Source: Pseudomonadota bacterium
GTDB taxonomy: Bacteria > Pseudomonadota > Gammaproteobacteria > Burkholderiales > JABEVD01
Assembly (NCBI GenBank): GCA_021848825.1
Contig: JAJZTQ010000011.1
Span: 1,051 to 65,050, forward strand
Length of the DNA: 64,000 nt
Direction of reading: 5' to 3'
Shown piece after piece: positions 1 to 9,175 of this stretch. The notes under the pieces were generated by a model, which made no database searches, had not been told where the DNA came from, and saw only the letters and a list, made by a program, of their open reading frames with translations. Each line of letters starts with the position of its first letter. The stretch's first letter is position 1. The translations under genes were made by a program, and so were the position numbers.

Positions 1-250
1 AACAATGTCAAGGTCGCCACCGCGAGCGGCCATCCGACGACTCGGTGAATCGGTCAATGCGAATGTAGCGGCCACGTCAACCGTCATTGGCAAGTTCCCG
101 CTCAATCAAACAAAGGCCGGATTGTTGATGCATTTCGTCTCAACATTCATAGGCGCGGCGTGATAACGCCGATGTGTTTGTAAAGTGTTGTACGTGAGGC
201 GATCTCGCAAAACGAAATCAATCCGGTTTCAAGGCTCATGAGGTCTTCTC

Positions 251-376
251 CTATCGGCGAGTAACCAGAGATTCGGTTGTATCGTAAAGTAGACACCAGA
301 CGGCAATTGCCGGAGCAAAAAATATGCGCGGCGTTTCCTTGGCACCCTTGATGAATCCTTCGATAAAATCACTCAT
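251..376 (-). CDS. Small hypothetical protein (41 aa, MSDFIEGF...)
   Basis: ATG at 376 directly after the upstream peptide's stop; last of a tightly coupled run of small ORFs. Confidence 0.5.
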   Translation of the reverse strand: MSDFIEGFIKGAKETPRIFFAPAIAVWCLLYDTTESLVTRR

Positions 377-377
377 A

Positions 378-500
378 TCAGACGCCCTCATCTTGATGTT
401 TCTTTCGATGGTCTTCTGCGCGATGGCTTGATGCATACCAGGACAACCCGACAAGGAATGCCGTCGCCAAAATCAAAACGACTTGGGATTCAATCGCCAT
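378..500 (-). CDS. Small single-TM peptide (40 aa, MAIESQVVLILATAFLVGLSWYASSHRAEDHRKKHQDEGV)
   Basis: Manual translation; RBS GAAGGAGG upstream; paralogue at 10696-10827. Confidence 0.65.
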   Translation of the reverse strand: MAIESQVVLILATAFLVGLSWYASSHRAEDHRKKHQDEGV

Positions 501-523
501 TTTCGTTTCCCTCCTTCACTCAA

Positions 524-655
524 TCAGGCTTGTGGCCGATCAGCATCTTCGTCTTTGCTGCGAATCCATAGAGCAAATCCGACAAACGCAATTGCACCGA
601 GCGATAGTTCGACACACATCAGGATCAGTCCAGTAGCGAGCGTCATATCAGGCAT
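524..655 (-). CDS. Small single-TM peptide (43 aa, MPDMTLATGLILMCVELSLGAIAFVGFALWIRSKDEDADRPQA)
   Basis: Manual translation; start overlaps upstream stop (ATGCCTGA); one hydrophobic helix. Confidence 0.55.
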   Translation of the reverse strand: MPDMTLATGLILMCVELSLGAIAFVGFALWIRSKDEDADRPQA

Positions 656-785
656 GCCTCACGTCTTGTTGCGGTTTATTTCTAGCCCCATCGCGTTTCT
701 GTAACCAAATCAGAAAGCCAGCAATACTGGCACCTCCATAGGCGATAATGGCCACCGACAGTATCATTCCGAGTGCAAGGCTCAT
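648..785 (-). CDS. Small single-TM peptide (45 aa, MSLALGMILSVAIIAYGGASIAGFLIWLQKRDGARNKPQQDVRHA)
   Basis: Manual translation; strong RBS GAGGAGG; hydrophobic helix followed by charged tail. Confidence 0.6.
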   Translation of the reverse strand: MSLALGMILSVAIIAYGGASIAGFLIWLQKRDGARNKPQQDVRHA

Positions 786-851
786 GACTTATCCTCCTCA
801 TGACTAACCGATTCTAGCTTGATGGCCGCTTGTTGTAAAAGACAGGTAAGC

Positions 852-1136
852 TCAGTTGCGACATTTTGGCTGCATGTCTGCCAAACCCTTTCCCGGTTTG
901 AAGCGCGGAACGAATTTCCCCGGCACGTCCACAGAATTCCCGTTGGCCGGGTTGCGACCTTTTCGTGGATTTCGGAAAGTCACCCCAAAAACTCCGAACC
1001 CCCGAATTTCGACGCGCCTTTGCTCAGAGATGGTGTTGGCAATGGCATCAAGAATGCCGTTCACGGCTAGACTTGCATCTCCCAGGCTAATTTCCTGCCG
1101 GTCGGCAATAATCTGGATTAGTTCGGATTTGGTCAT
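852..1136 (-). CDS. Element-encoded IHF-beta/HU family DNA-bending protein
   Basis: MTKSELI...RVEIRGFG.F...GRNP..G..V.VPGK..P.FKPGK signature; likely start ATG 1136. Confidence 0.88.
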   Translation of the reverse strand: MTKSELIQIIADRQEISLGDASLAVNGILDAIANTISEQRRVEIRGFGVFGVTFRNPRKGRNPANGNSVDVPGKFVPRFKPGKGLADMQPKCRN

Positions 1137-1754
1137 GGGAATTGATGATAATCGAATATATTGTTTTCTGCACCTGTAGGGTTCAGGCGATCCTGCACTT
1201 TCCAGTATTCCGTGAAACCTCAACCACCAAATCAGGACGGAACTGACTGTTTTCCATACTCCCACTCTGCATCATGTAGCTCCTGGGATTGCAGATTACC
1301 CGCGTCACTTTGGGATGCTTATAGCCGATGGAGGCCACAACAATCAAAGCAGCCAGAAACGGGCGAGAAACGCCATAGAATCGATTTTAAGGCTCCACCC
1401 CACCGAACCATACCCAGATCAGCAAATCACCCCAGAACAGCACAAAACGCGCCGAACCATTCCGAAACCCCGCCGACGCATCACCATCAAAGAAGTGATC
1501 TACTCGACAAAATCAGGTAAACATGGAATGAAGGAGAATTGGTTACTTCGCCCCGTACCTTTCCAGGTGCCTTGCCATTGAGTCAGCCGCACACCGTTTA
1601 CATCAGATAGCAATAACACGCCCCTAGTATGCCTAGACGGAGGCAGGTCAACCTCGCTGACCGGTATGTGCTCACGCCCGCAGGGCCGTACTGCCCTAAT
1701 CCAGTTTATTGGGAACAACAAAGTCTACAATAACCCCGGAGAAACGTGGTTGAT

Positions 1755-1802
1755 ATACTATATCTTGTGCTTTGACAATAACTCAGAATACATATATAGT
1801 TT
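1755..1802 (+). promoter_or_regulatory. Sigma70 promoter of the defence operon, overlapped by two NrdR-box-like sites
   Basis: TTGACA (1772-1777), 17-nt spacer, TATAGT (1795-1800); ATACTATATCTTGTGC at 1755 and a weaker AATACATATATAGTTT at 1787. Confidence 0.6.
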
Positions 1803-1853
1803 TATCACTCTCGGTGGCAGAGTGCTAATAGCCTGCCATCAATCCCAATCGAA

Positions 1854-3020
1854 ATGGGAGGTGCTGTGGCAGATATCCATCACGCAATTTTCTATCCGGT
1901 CGGTAACGGAGACACGACCCAAATCGTCCTAGCGAAAGGACGTCGCGTTCTGTTCGACTTCTGCAACCGCGACAAATCTGAAGACGCCCACACGCCGGAA
2001 ATCGACCTCAAGGCTCGGCTGAAGGAAGACCTGAAGGCCGCCAACCGCGACTACTTCGATGTCGTCGCATTCACGCACGCCGACCTCGATCACATCCAAG
2101 GCAGCACCGAGTTCTTCGAGTTGCAGCACGCGAAGAAGTACCAAGGCGACGGGCGGATCAAGATTCGAGAGTTGTGGGTGCCGGCGGCGATGCTGCTTGA
2201 AGAAGCGGACAACGATCATCAGACCGAGGAATACGTTCTGCTTCGCCAAGAGGCGCGGCACCGTCTGCTGGAGGGCAAGGACATCCTCGTCTTCTCGAAG
2301 CCGCAGGCATTGGTCGATTGGCTGGAGCCGCTGCTGAAAGCCCGCGGCGAATCGGCATCCGCGCGCGATCACCTCTTTATCGACGCCGGCACGATCGTGC
2401 CCGGCTTCACGCAGGCGAAAGATGGCGTCGAGTTCTTCTGCCACTCTCCTTTCATCAAGCACTGCGACGGCGGCGACATCATCCGCAACAGCGCCGCCTT
2501 GGTGTTCAACGTGCGGTTCAATGCCGACGGCGCCACCTACGACTATCTAGAGATCGGCGACGCGGAATACGGTGATCTGGAAGACATCGTTAGCACGACG
2601 CGCTACCACAAGAACGAGGATCGCCTGGCGTGGGACCTGTTCAACATCCCGCATCATTGCAGCTATCGCGCATTAAACGAGGACAAGGGCAAGGACGAAA
2701 CGGTCCCCGCGCCGCTGGTGAAGGACCTGCTGCTGATGGGAAAATCCGATGCCTACATCGTCAGTTGCAGCAAGCCGATCCCGGATGTCAAGGATTCGTA
2801 TGAGCAGGTCCAACCCCCGCACATCCAAGCCCGCAAGGCGTATGAGCGCTACTTGAAGGAAGTCGGCGGGCGCAAGTTCCTGGTCACGATGGAGGAGCCG
2901 AACGCCAACAAGCCCGAGCCGATCGTCTTCGAGATCGGCAGCGCCGGCGTGACCTGGAAGCGTTCGGCAACCATCGGCGCGCCGGCCATTTTGGCATCGA
3001 GGCCCCCGCGAGCTGGCTGA
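1854..3020 (+). CDS. ComEC-like metallo-beta-lactamase-fold hydrolase with C-terminal Gly tail
   Basis: PVGNGD, THADLDH, GD and PHH motifs; ends ...RPPRAG; probable GTG start at 1866 after GGAGG. Confidence 0.8.
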   Translation: MGGAVADIHHAIFYPVGNGDTTQIVLAKGRRVLFDFCNRDKSEDAHTPEIDLKARLKEDLKAANRDYFDVVAFTHADLDHIQGSTEFFELQHAKKYQGDGRIKIRELWVPAAMLLEEADNDHQTEEYVLLRQEARHRLLEGKDILVFSKPQALVDWLEPLLKARGESASARDHLFIDAGTIVPGFTQAKDGVEFFCHSPFIKHCDGGDIIRNSAALVFNVRFNADGATYDYLEIGDAEYGDLEDIVSTTRYHKNEDRLAWDLFNIPHHCSYRALNEDKGKDETVPAPLVKDLLLMGKSDAYIVSCSKPIPDVKDSYEQVQPPHIQARKAYERYLKEVGGRKFLVTMEEPNANKPEPIVFEIGSAGVTWKRSATIGAPAILASRPPRAG

Positions 3021-5266
3021 TGACCGATGCGTACCACGAACTGGCAAATGTCACAGAGGTCGGAAGCGCCGACGCACTGACCATTCCGCGTGCGCGCGCG
3101 CTGCTCGATGCCGTCCAGCGGCAACGCGACTATTCGTTAATCCAGCTTCTGCGGCATCCCGCAGACGGCGCGGCGACGCTCGAATGCTTGATCGTCGAAG
3201 TTGAGTGCGATGGCATCCCTCCGAAGAATCCAGTCGGCATCTGCTACCGGGAACGCTTGGCGCTGTGCGTCCCCAACGACCCCAAGCGGCTAATCGAAGT
3301 CCTGGCGCTGCGTCAGGATTTTCCGATTCTGATGCACCAGAATCAGGGTGTACACGGTGCGCCGGCCAGTCTGTGCCTGTACTTCGATCCGCCTGCTGCG
3401 GTGCTGCGCACCTGGACACCTGCGGCGTTCCTGCGCCGCATCCAGTGGTGGCTGGAAATGAGTGCTCGTGACGAGTTGCACCCGGCTGACCAGCCGGTTG
3501 AGCACCTGTTCTTCGCCAGCAAGTACGAACTGGTCCTGCCGTGGAATCTGGCCGAATTGCGCAAGAACCCGGCGTTACGCTTCATGGTGCTGCGGCAGGA
3601 AGAACGCCCCGATCAAGGGTTCACTTGCTTTCTGCAACCGATCTCGAAAGGTGCGCCGCAGGCAAAGACCTTTGCCCATATCGAGTTGACGCTGCCGCCC
3701 ATCGTGCATGGCTTCGTTGAGCGTGATCCCGCTACCCTCGGGCAGTTGGCAGACCTGCTGACACAGCGCAATGTGGATCTCATCACGCCGCTGCGAGCAA
3801 AGCTACAAGACAGCGTTGGCGAATCCGGTGCTGCCGCTTCGGCCGATGACAAGGCCACGGTCATCTTGCTTCACATTCCGATCAAACGGAGCGCCGACGC
3901 GGAACCCGACGGCATCACGCACCGGGCGTTCCTCGTGCCGATCGGCGCACTTGAACTCGGCGTCGCCACCGGCGCACTGCTGATACACCAAGGGCGTTAC
4001 TTCAAGGACGTGATGAACCAGCAGCCCTCGACGGCGTGGCAAAACCAGCCCGTCTTGCCGATGGACGTACTGGTGCAGAACGATGCGGCGGCCGCGAGAC
4101 GCCAGTCGGGCATCTTTGACGAAGGTCCGAAGGCCGTCCTGATCGGAGCCGGATCGCTCGGCAGCGCATTGCTCAACCTGTGGGGACGCAGCGGTTGGGG
4201 GCGCTGGACGGTCATCGACAAGGATCACATCAAACCCCACAACCTCTCAAGGCACGCCGCCTACATACAACACATCGGCGAGACGAAAGCGACGGTCGTC
4301 GCCGGACTGCACGCTGGTGCGACGGAAGGCGCGACCGAAGTAGTGCCTATCGTCGCCGATGCCACCGACCTTGCGCTGGAGTCAGTCGCGCACGCGCTCG
4401 CCGCCGCGAGTCTTGTGGTCGATGCCTCGACAACTCTCGAATATCCGCGTGCGGCAAGTGGGGTCGATACGCTGCCGCGCCATTGCTCGGCATTCATCAC
4501 ACCCGACGGCAACGCGGCAGTGCTGCTTGTGGAGGATGCCGAACGCGCGCACCGCCTGCGCACGCTCGAAGCCCAGTATTACCGCGCCCTGATTCAAGAG
4601 GACTGGGGCAGAACTCACCTCAGCGGTCACGCCAACACGTTCTGGAGCGGCGCGAGTTGCCGCGACATCTCGGCGGTTCTGCCGTACTCGCGCATCCTGG
4701 GCCAAGCGAGCACGCTGGCCGAACAGGTTCAGGCCGCGACGACCAATAAGGACGCCCTTATACGCACGTGGCAACGAGACCCGGCGAGCGGCGCCATCAC
4801 AGTGCATGATGTCCCCGTTCTGCCAGAGAGGCGCATCCCGCTCGACGACCTTGACGTGTTCATCGACGATGGCGTCGAACAACAACTACGGGAGCTGCGC
4901 CGCCAGGCTTTCCCAAACGAGACCGGCGGCGTGCTGCTCGGCTACTACGACTTCAACATCAAAGCCGTGGTGATCGTCGCCGGACTGCCGGCTCCGCCCG
5001 ACAGCAAAGCCAGTCGAGATTCCTTCGAGCGCGGTATCACTGGCTTGGCCGAAGCGGCGAAGGATGCCAGCTTGCGCACGGCCGGCATGGTCAGCTACAT
5101 CGGCGAATGGCACAGCCACCCACCCGGCCACTCCGCCTCGCCCAGTGGGCATGATCTGATGCAACTCATTCAGTTGGCGCTTGGGATGTCCGACGACGGC
5201 CTGCCGGCCGTCCAGCTCATCGTCGGCGAGCACGATCTTCAAGTCCTTCAGGGCGAGGTGAAGTGA
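3020..5266 (+). CDS. E2-E1(ThiF)-JAB fusion protein (Cap2+Cap3-like)
   Basis: E2 HQN...LCLY; E1 GAGSLGS and IDKD...HNLSRH; JAB ETGG...YIGEWHSHP...SPSGHD. Confidence 0.9.
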   Translation: MTDAYHELANVTEVGSADALTIPRARALLDAVQRQRDYSLIQLLRHPADGAATLECLIVEVECDGIPPKNPVGICYRERLALCVPNDPKRLIEVLALRQDFPILMHQNQGVHGAPASLCLYFDPPAAVLRTWTPAAFLRRIQWWLEMSARDELHPADQPVEHLFFASKYELVLPWNLAELRKNPALRFMVLRQEERPDQGFTCFLQPISKGAPQAKTFAHIELTLPPIVHGFVERDPATLGQLADLLTQRNVDLITPLRAKLQDSVGESGAAASADDKATVILLHIPIKRSADAEPDGITHRAFLVPIGALELGVATGALLIHQGRYFKDVMNQQPSTAWQNQPVLPMDVLVQNDAAAARRQSGIFDEGPKAVLIGAGSLGSALLNLWGRSGWGRWTVIDKDHIKPHNLSRHAAYIQHIGETKATVVAGLHAGATEGATEVVPIVADATDLALESVAHALAAASLVVDASTTLEYPRAASGVDTLPRHCSAFITPDGNAAVLLVEDAERAHRLRTLEAQYYRALIQEDWGRTHLSGHANTFWSGASCRDISAVLPYSRILGQASTLAEQVQAATTNKDALIRTWQRDPASGAITVHDVPVLPERRIPLDDLDVFIDDGVEQQLRELRRQAFPNETGGVLLGYYDFNIKAVVIVAGLPAPPDSKASRDSFERGITGLAEAAKDASLRTAGMVSYIGEWHSHPPGHSASPSGHDLMQLIQLALGMSDDGLPAVQLIVGEHDLQVLQGEVK

Positions 5267-5267
5267 C

Positions 5268-6146
5268 GTGTCCGGACAGATGATTCTGAAAATATGGGAT
5301 GTGCAGCATGGCGCATGTGCCATGCTCACGCACCTCTCGGTCCAGGGAATCGAAGGCCGGCTCGCGATGATCGACTCCGGTCACAATCAAGAAACGGGCT
5401 GGAAACCGAGCACCTACATCCGGCACTACTTGAAGCGGAGCGTGCTGGACTACCTGTTCGTCACCAATGCAGACCTCGATCACATCAGCGATCTGAACAA
5501 TCTGTGGCGCGAGGGAATCGCGGTCTCCACCTTCATTCGCAACCGCAGCGTGTCGCCCGAAGTGATGAAAATAATCAAGGAGGTCGGTGGCGAGTTGACC
5601 GACGACATCCAGCGATACTTGGACCTTCACGCCAACTACGTCTATCCGGTCGATACTCCATTCGATCAGAACATGGGCGGCATCACGGTAAAGACATTCT
5701 GGAACTCGACGCCACGCTTCTACGACACGAACAATCTAAGCCTGGTTGCATTCTTCAAGTTCGGAACCTTCAAGATTCTGTTCCCTGGCGATCTTGAGGA
5801 GGACGGCTGGCTCGCGCTGCTGGAGCAACCGGACTTTCGTGCTGAGTTGGCCGGGACGACCGTGCTCGTGGCCTCTCATCACGGACGCGAAAACGGCTAT
5901 TGTGAGGCGCTATTCAACTACATCCATCCTCTCGCCATCGTGATGTCCGATAAGGCGATCGTCCACGACACGCAACGCATGACGCAGACGTATCGCCAGC
6001 GCGTGGTCGATCATTGGCCGAACGGCGTTTCGGTCAAGACGACAGGCAAGCAGCGGCATGTACTGACGACGCGGCGCGATGGGTGGATTCAATTCGTCGT
6101 CGATGAATTTGGTAACTTCGACATCTACACCGAGAACAACGGATGA
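5268..6146 (+). CDS. Second ComEC-like MBL-fold hydrolase
   Basis: WDVQHG, IDSG, TNADLDH, FPGD and ASHHG motifs. Confidence 0.8.
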   Translation: MSGQMILKIWDVQHGACAMLTHLSVQGIEGRLAMIDSGHNQETGWKPSTYIRHYLKRSVLDYLFVTNADLDHISDLNNLWREGIAVSTFIRNRSVSPEVMKIIKEVGGELTDDIQRYLDLHANYVYPVDTPFDQNMGGITVKTFWNSTPRFYDTNNLSLVAFFKFGTFKILFPGDLEEDGWLALLEQPDFRAELAGTTVLVASHHGRENGYCEALFNYIHPLAIVMSDKAIVHDTQRMTQTYRQRVVDHWPNGVSVKTTGKQRHVLTTRRDGWIQFVVDEFGNFDIYTENNG

Positions 6147-6823
6147 GAGACCCCAAAGACTACAGCAGCAAGACGTTGAAGGGTCGCAACCTTGCATGGC
6201 TCGTAGCGACGCTCGTTCTCGATGTCCTGATCCTCCTGGTACTCGCCTTTCATACGGCGATCCAAGACTTGACGCCGACCTCCATCGCGGCCGTCCGAAC
6301 CAGCCTCTCGGTCCTGCTGCCGATTCCGGTCTTGATCCTGTCGTCACTGATCTCGGCCGACCACAAGGCTATCTTGGTTTTCTGGCGCCTCAAGTTCCCG
6401 CTTCCCGGATCGCGCGCGTTCTCCGTGTACGCGCCAGCGGATCACCGCATCGACTTGGCGAAATTGAAGAAGAACGTTGGAGCGTTTCCCGCAGAGCCGC
6501 ACGAACAGAACGCCAAGTGGTACGTCCTGTACAAGCAGGTCGATTCGGACCCCTCGGTCGCAGACAGCCACAAGAACTATCTGCTATTCCGCGACATCGC
6601 GGCAATGTCGCTATTGCTGGTGCCTGTGCTGCCCATTGCCATGTACCTCATAGGCATTGATGCGACACGCATTCTGATATCGGCGGCAGTGTTCCTTTGC
6701 CAGTATCTGATTACCGCATTCAGCGCACGGACGACAGGCATACGCTTCGTGCAGAACGTGCTGGCCGTGCACGCCAGCCGGAAAGTGACTGCCTCACGGC
6801 CAACAGGGACGGCAAAGGCGTAG
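6143..6823 (+). CDS. Multi-pass (about 4 TM) membrane protein, putative defence effector
   Basis: Four hydrophobic segments; ATGA overlap with upstream gene. Confidence 0.7.
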   Translation: MRDPKDYSSKTLKGRNLAWLVATLVLDVLILLVLAFHTAIQDLTPTSIAAVRTSLSVLLPIPVLILSSLISADHKAILVFWRLKFPLPGSRAFSVYAPADHRIDLAKLKKNVGAFPAEPHEQNAKWYVLYKQVDSDPSVADSHKNYLLFRDIAAMSLLLVPVLPIAMYLIGIDATRILISAAVFLCQYLITAFSARTTGIRFVQNVLAVHASRKVTASRPTGTAKA

Positions 6824-7075
6824 CCCGCACCAGACTCGCCCTTCTATGCCGCAACAAGTTGTCGAATTAGGTACTGACTGCTCCTGGCCAACCGCGGGCA
6901 TAATGTTCAGGGCGAAAGAAAACTCCGCTGCAATTTACTCAGCGGGGTTTATTCTAGTTCGTTTTGTACATCAACTACCACATATCGCTACTTCACTTGA
7001 TAATCCACACACCCTTCGCCAACGGCTAGAACCTCAGGTGCGGGCGAATGACTGTGATGGCAGAGCCGCCCATCG

Positions 7076-7534
7076 TCAAGCTACCGCCCGACGCTTGCTC
7101 TCTGCCTGCATCGCAAAGCCAACCGACAACAGCGCCCTTGTCAGGTGATATGCCTCCTGTCGAATCCCGACCAGGCGATTCTCCGTTTCCTCGACTATCT
7201 CCTTCTCCCACTCATGTGCGTACTTGTGCAGCTTGCTGATCGTATAGCCAAACGACCTGGCAGGTTTCGTGATCGCCTCCTTCTTGTCGAAGAATTTTCC
7301 ATCCTTCCCCTTCCCTACCCATGCTACCGCATACCATTCAGACCGTACCGAATTCCCATCCTTGATGCTTCTCAACCTGAGCCTGTTCCGGTTCTGCACA
7401 CCTGGCCTCTCCCCTTCCATGCGTAGCACCGCCGCCCAGTATCGTTCTGCTATACTCTCAACCTCATGGTGCAATTCTTCCATGCGCCTTTCCAGGGCTT
7501 CCTTGATTTCGGGATTTGTTGTCACCGCCCACAT
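7076..7534 (-). CDS. mobI: MobI-like conjugative transfer (oriT-recognition) protein
   Basis: YW...LRLR...S...EW...Y...L...A.EWE..IV..TE..L..IR pattern of IncC/SXT MobI; start ATG 7534 or GTG 7525. Confidence 0.65.
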   Translation of the reverse strand: MWAVTTNPEIKEALERRMEELHHEVESIAERYWAAVLRMEGERPGVQNRNRLRLRSIKDGNSVRSEWYAVAWVGKGKDGKFFDKKEAITKPARSFGYTISKLHKYAHEWEKEIVEETENRLVGIRQEAYHLTRALLSVGFAMQAESKRRAVA

Positions 7535-7643
7535 TCCTCCGTAAAGATTCACAGCTCAATTGGTAGCCTGTCCAGGGTAGCCAATCCCAACACTCTTACT
7601 CCGTTGCAATCTGCCAGCAAATCACAACTATCATTCCAGAATG

Positions 7644-7843
7644 ATCGTTGAGTAACACTAGCATTTTTCCCCGTTATCGTGTTGGTATTCCATGAATTTC
7701 ATCACGATCAGCACGAGTTCAATACCCAAATAATTATCGTTGAGTAATACTAGCATCTTTCCCCGTTATCGTGTCGATACATGGTATCATCGCAATGATA
7801 GTTGAGTAATGCCATTATTTTTCCCCGTTATCGTGTTGGTATT
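7644..7843. repeat. Three ~43-bp imperfect direct repeats upstream of mobI (candidate oriT region)
   Basis: GTTGAGTAA...TTTCCCCGTTATCGTGT starting at 7647, 7739 and 7801. Confidence 0.85.
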
Positions 7844-7934
7844 TCCAAAATTATATCGGCTTGGAAAAAAGCATCCTGGCACCGCATGAATAAAGTGCCA
7901 GGAAAATCGGCCTGATTCCCCAGTGGGAGGGATT

Positions 7935-8150
7935 ATGTTGGTGAAATTCGAGACCAGGAAACGCGGCTATATTTTGCAGCTTGAGCACGATCTGCTCGGC
8001 GATCTTGTGTTGACCCGTTACTGGTACGGACTGCAAAACAACCGGCATGGCTCCTGCATGCAAGTGTTCCTCAACGAGGAAGATGCGCACCGTCAGTTCG
8101 AAAAGGTTGTGCGTATGAGACTGAGAAATGGGTATGAAATCTCTGAATGA
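7935..8150 (+). CDS. Small WGR-domain protein
   Basis: R.Y...L..DL.G...L.R.W pattern; RBS GGGAGG. Confidence 0.6.
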   Translation: MLVKFETRKRGYILQLEHDLLGDLVLTRYWYGLQNNRHGSCMQVFLNEEDAHRQFEKVVRMRLRNGYEISE

Positions 8151-8152
8151 CC

Positions 8153-9130
8153 TCAATGCGCCCCCTCTTTACGGCCCCGGTAATATTGGGCGATATCGCG
8201 CTTGAAAAGACCCCACAGCATCGCCATCGCGCCACCGGCGATAAGCGCGTTTTCGTCCTCTATCGCTGGGCTGATTGCAACCACCGCCTTGTAGTGCTTC
8301 ACCAAATTCTTCACCATGAGCATGCCAACTTCGTCATCGATACCTTCAATCGTGAAATTTGAAGCGCCCGTTACGGCGGAATCCAGCTTCTGCACAACCC
8401 TGTTGCGTCCAACCAGGATCGGCTCAAATACGGCCTTGATGTCGGCGAAGGTCGCGCCATAGAACTCGTACTTCGCCGGCATGTTTACCTTTAGAGCGAG
8501 TATTTCACAGCCCATCCGGCGAAATTCATTGTATCCCCCCATCGCCTTGGTGAGCAAAAACACCGCGTCACGGTCGAAATTACTTTCCCGTGCGATATAG
8601 ACGCCGATCCGGTTGCTCGACTTGACCTTTATCTTGCCATCGCGTCGCTTGATGAAGCAAATGTACCCATCCCGCCATCCCTGGTTGGATGATACGGCAG
8701 CAAGCGCCCCCGCCGCCCCGCCCTCGTAAAGCCAAACATTATCAAGCACCTGGCCATTTGTCAGCAGGTATGCAGCCGACGACTGCTGTGACCGGCGCTC
8801 ACAGTCCAGAAAATACTTGCGAACCGCTCGCCCCTTCTCATTCCTCTCCACCATGGCAAGCTCTTTTGCCATGTCGAGAGTGATGCAGTATTCAACGGAA
8901 CGACGGTCTCCTCCGCGCCCCTCGGTTTGATTCCCCCGTTTGGGGGAGCGCAGTTCGAAGTCCTTTCCTTCCTCGAATCCGTATGCCTTGATCCGATTCT
9001 TGATCCAGTCGGTAAAGTCCTTCCCAACCTCCAGCACGGAATGCAGCTCACGCGCATCCACCACCAGCATTGACACACCCGCGATCTTTCCTTCCATCAC
9101 TGGAACGAGTTGTTTATCAGCTTCGCTCAT
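8153..9130 (-). CDS. AntA/AntB phage antirepressor-family protein
   Basis: VDARELH..L.V.KDF..WI..RI..YGF...DF; Y..TLDMAKELAMVERNEKG..VRKYF. Confidence 0.85.
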   Translation of the reverse strand: MSEADKQLVPVMEGKIAGVSMLVVDARELHSVLEVGKDFTDWIKNRIKAYGFEEGKDFELRSPKRGNQTEGRGGDRRSVEYCITLDMAKELAMVERNEKGRAVRKYFLDCERRSQQSSAAYLLTNGQVLDNVWLYEGGAAGALAAVSSNQGWRDGYICFIKRRDGKIKVKSSNRIGVYIARESNFDRDAVFLLTKAMGGYNEFRRMGCEILALKVNMPAKYEFYGATFADIKAVFEPILVGRNRVVQKLDSAVTGASNFTIEGIDDEVGMLMVKNLVKHYKAVVAISPAIEDENALIAGGAMAMLWGLFKRDIAQYYRGRKEGAH

Positions 9131-9175
9131 GTTGAATCCTCCTTGTTTGTTCAAGATTGCAAGCGACAAATTGGC

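Noticed and set aside
1137-1730. Short ORFs between the IHF-like gene and the defence promoter
   Set aside because: No recognisable motifs or consistent RBS; probably non-coding or decayed
1854-6823. Canonical CBASS or Pycsar
   Set aside because: No nucleotidyltransferase or cyclase motif in any ORF; the first gene is an MBL-fold protein
1-7100. Possible cassette recombination sites flanking the defence operon (around 4-90, 1655-1690, 6875-6900 and 7045-7075)
   Set aside because: Only loose resemblance to one another; I could not align a convincing consensus or attC fold by eye
7644-7843. Possible mini-CRISPR array
   Set aside because: Only three degenerate repeats with unequal periods (92 and 62 bp) and no cas genes; protein-binding repeats fit better
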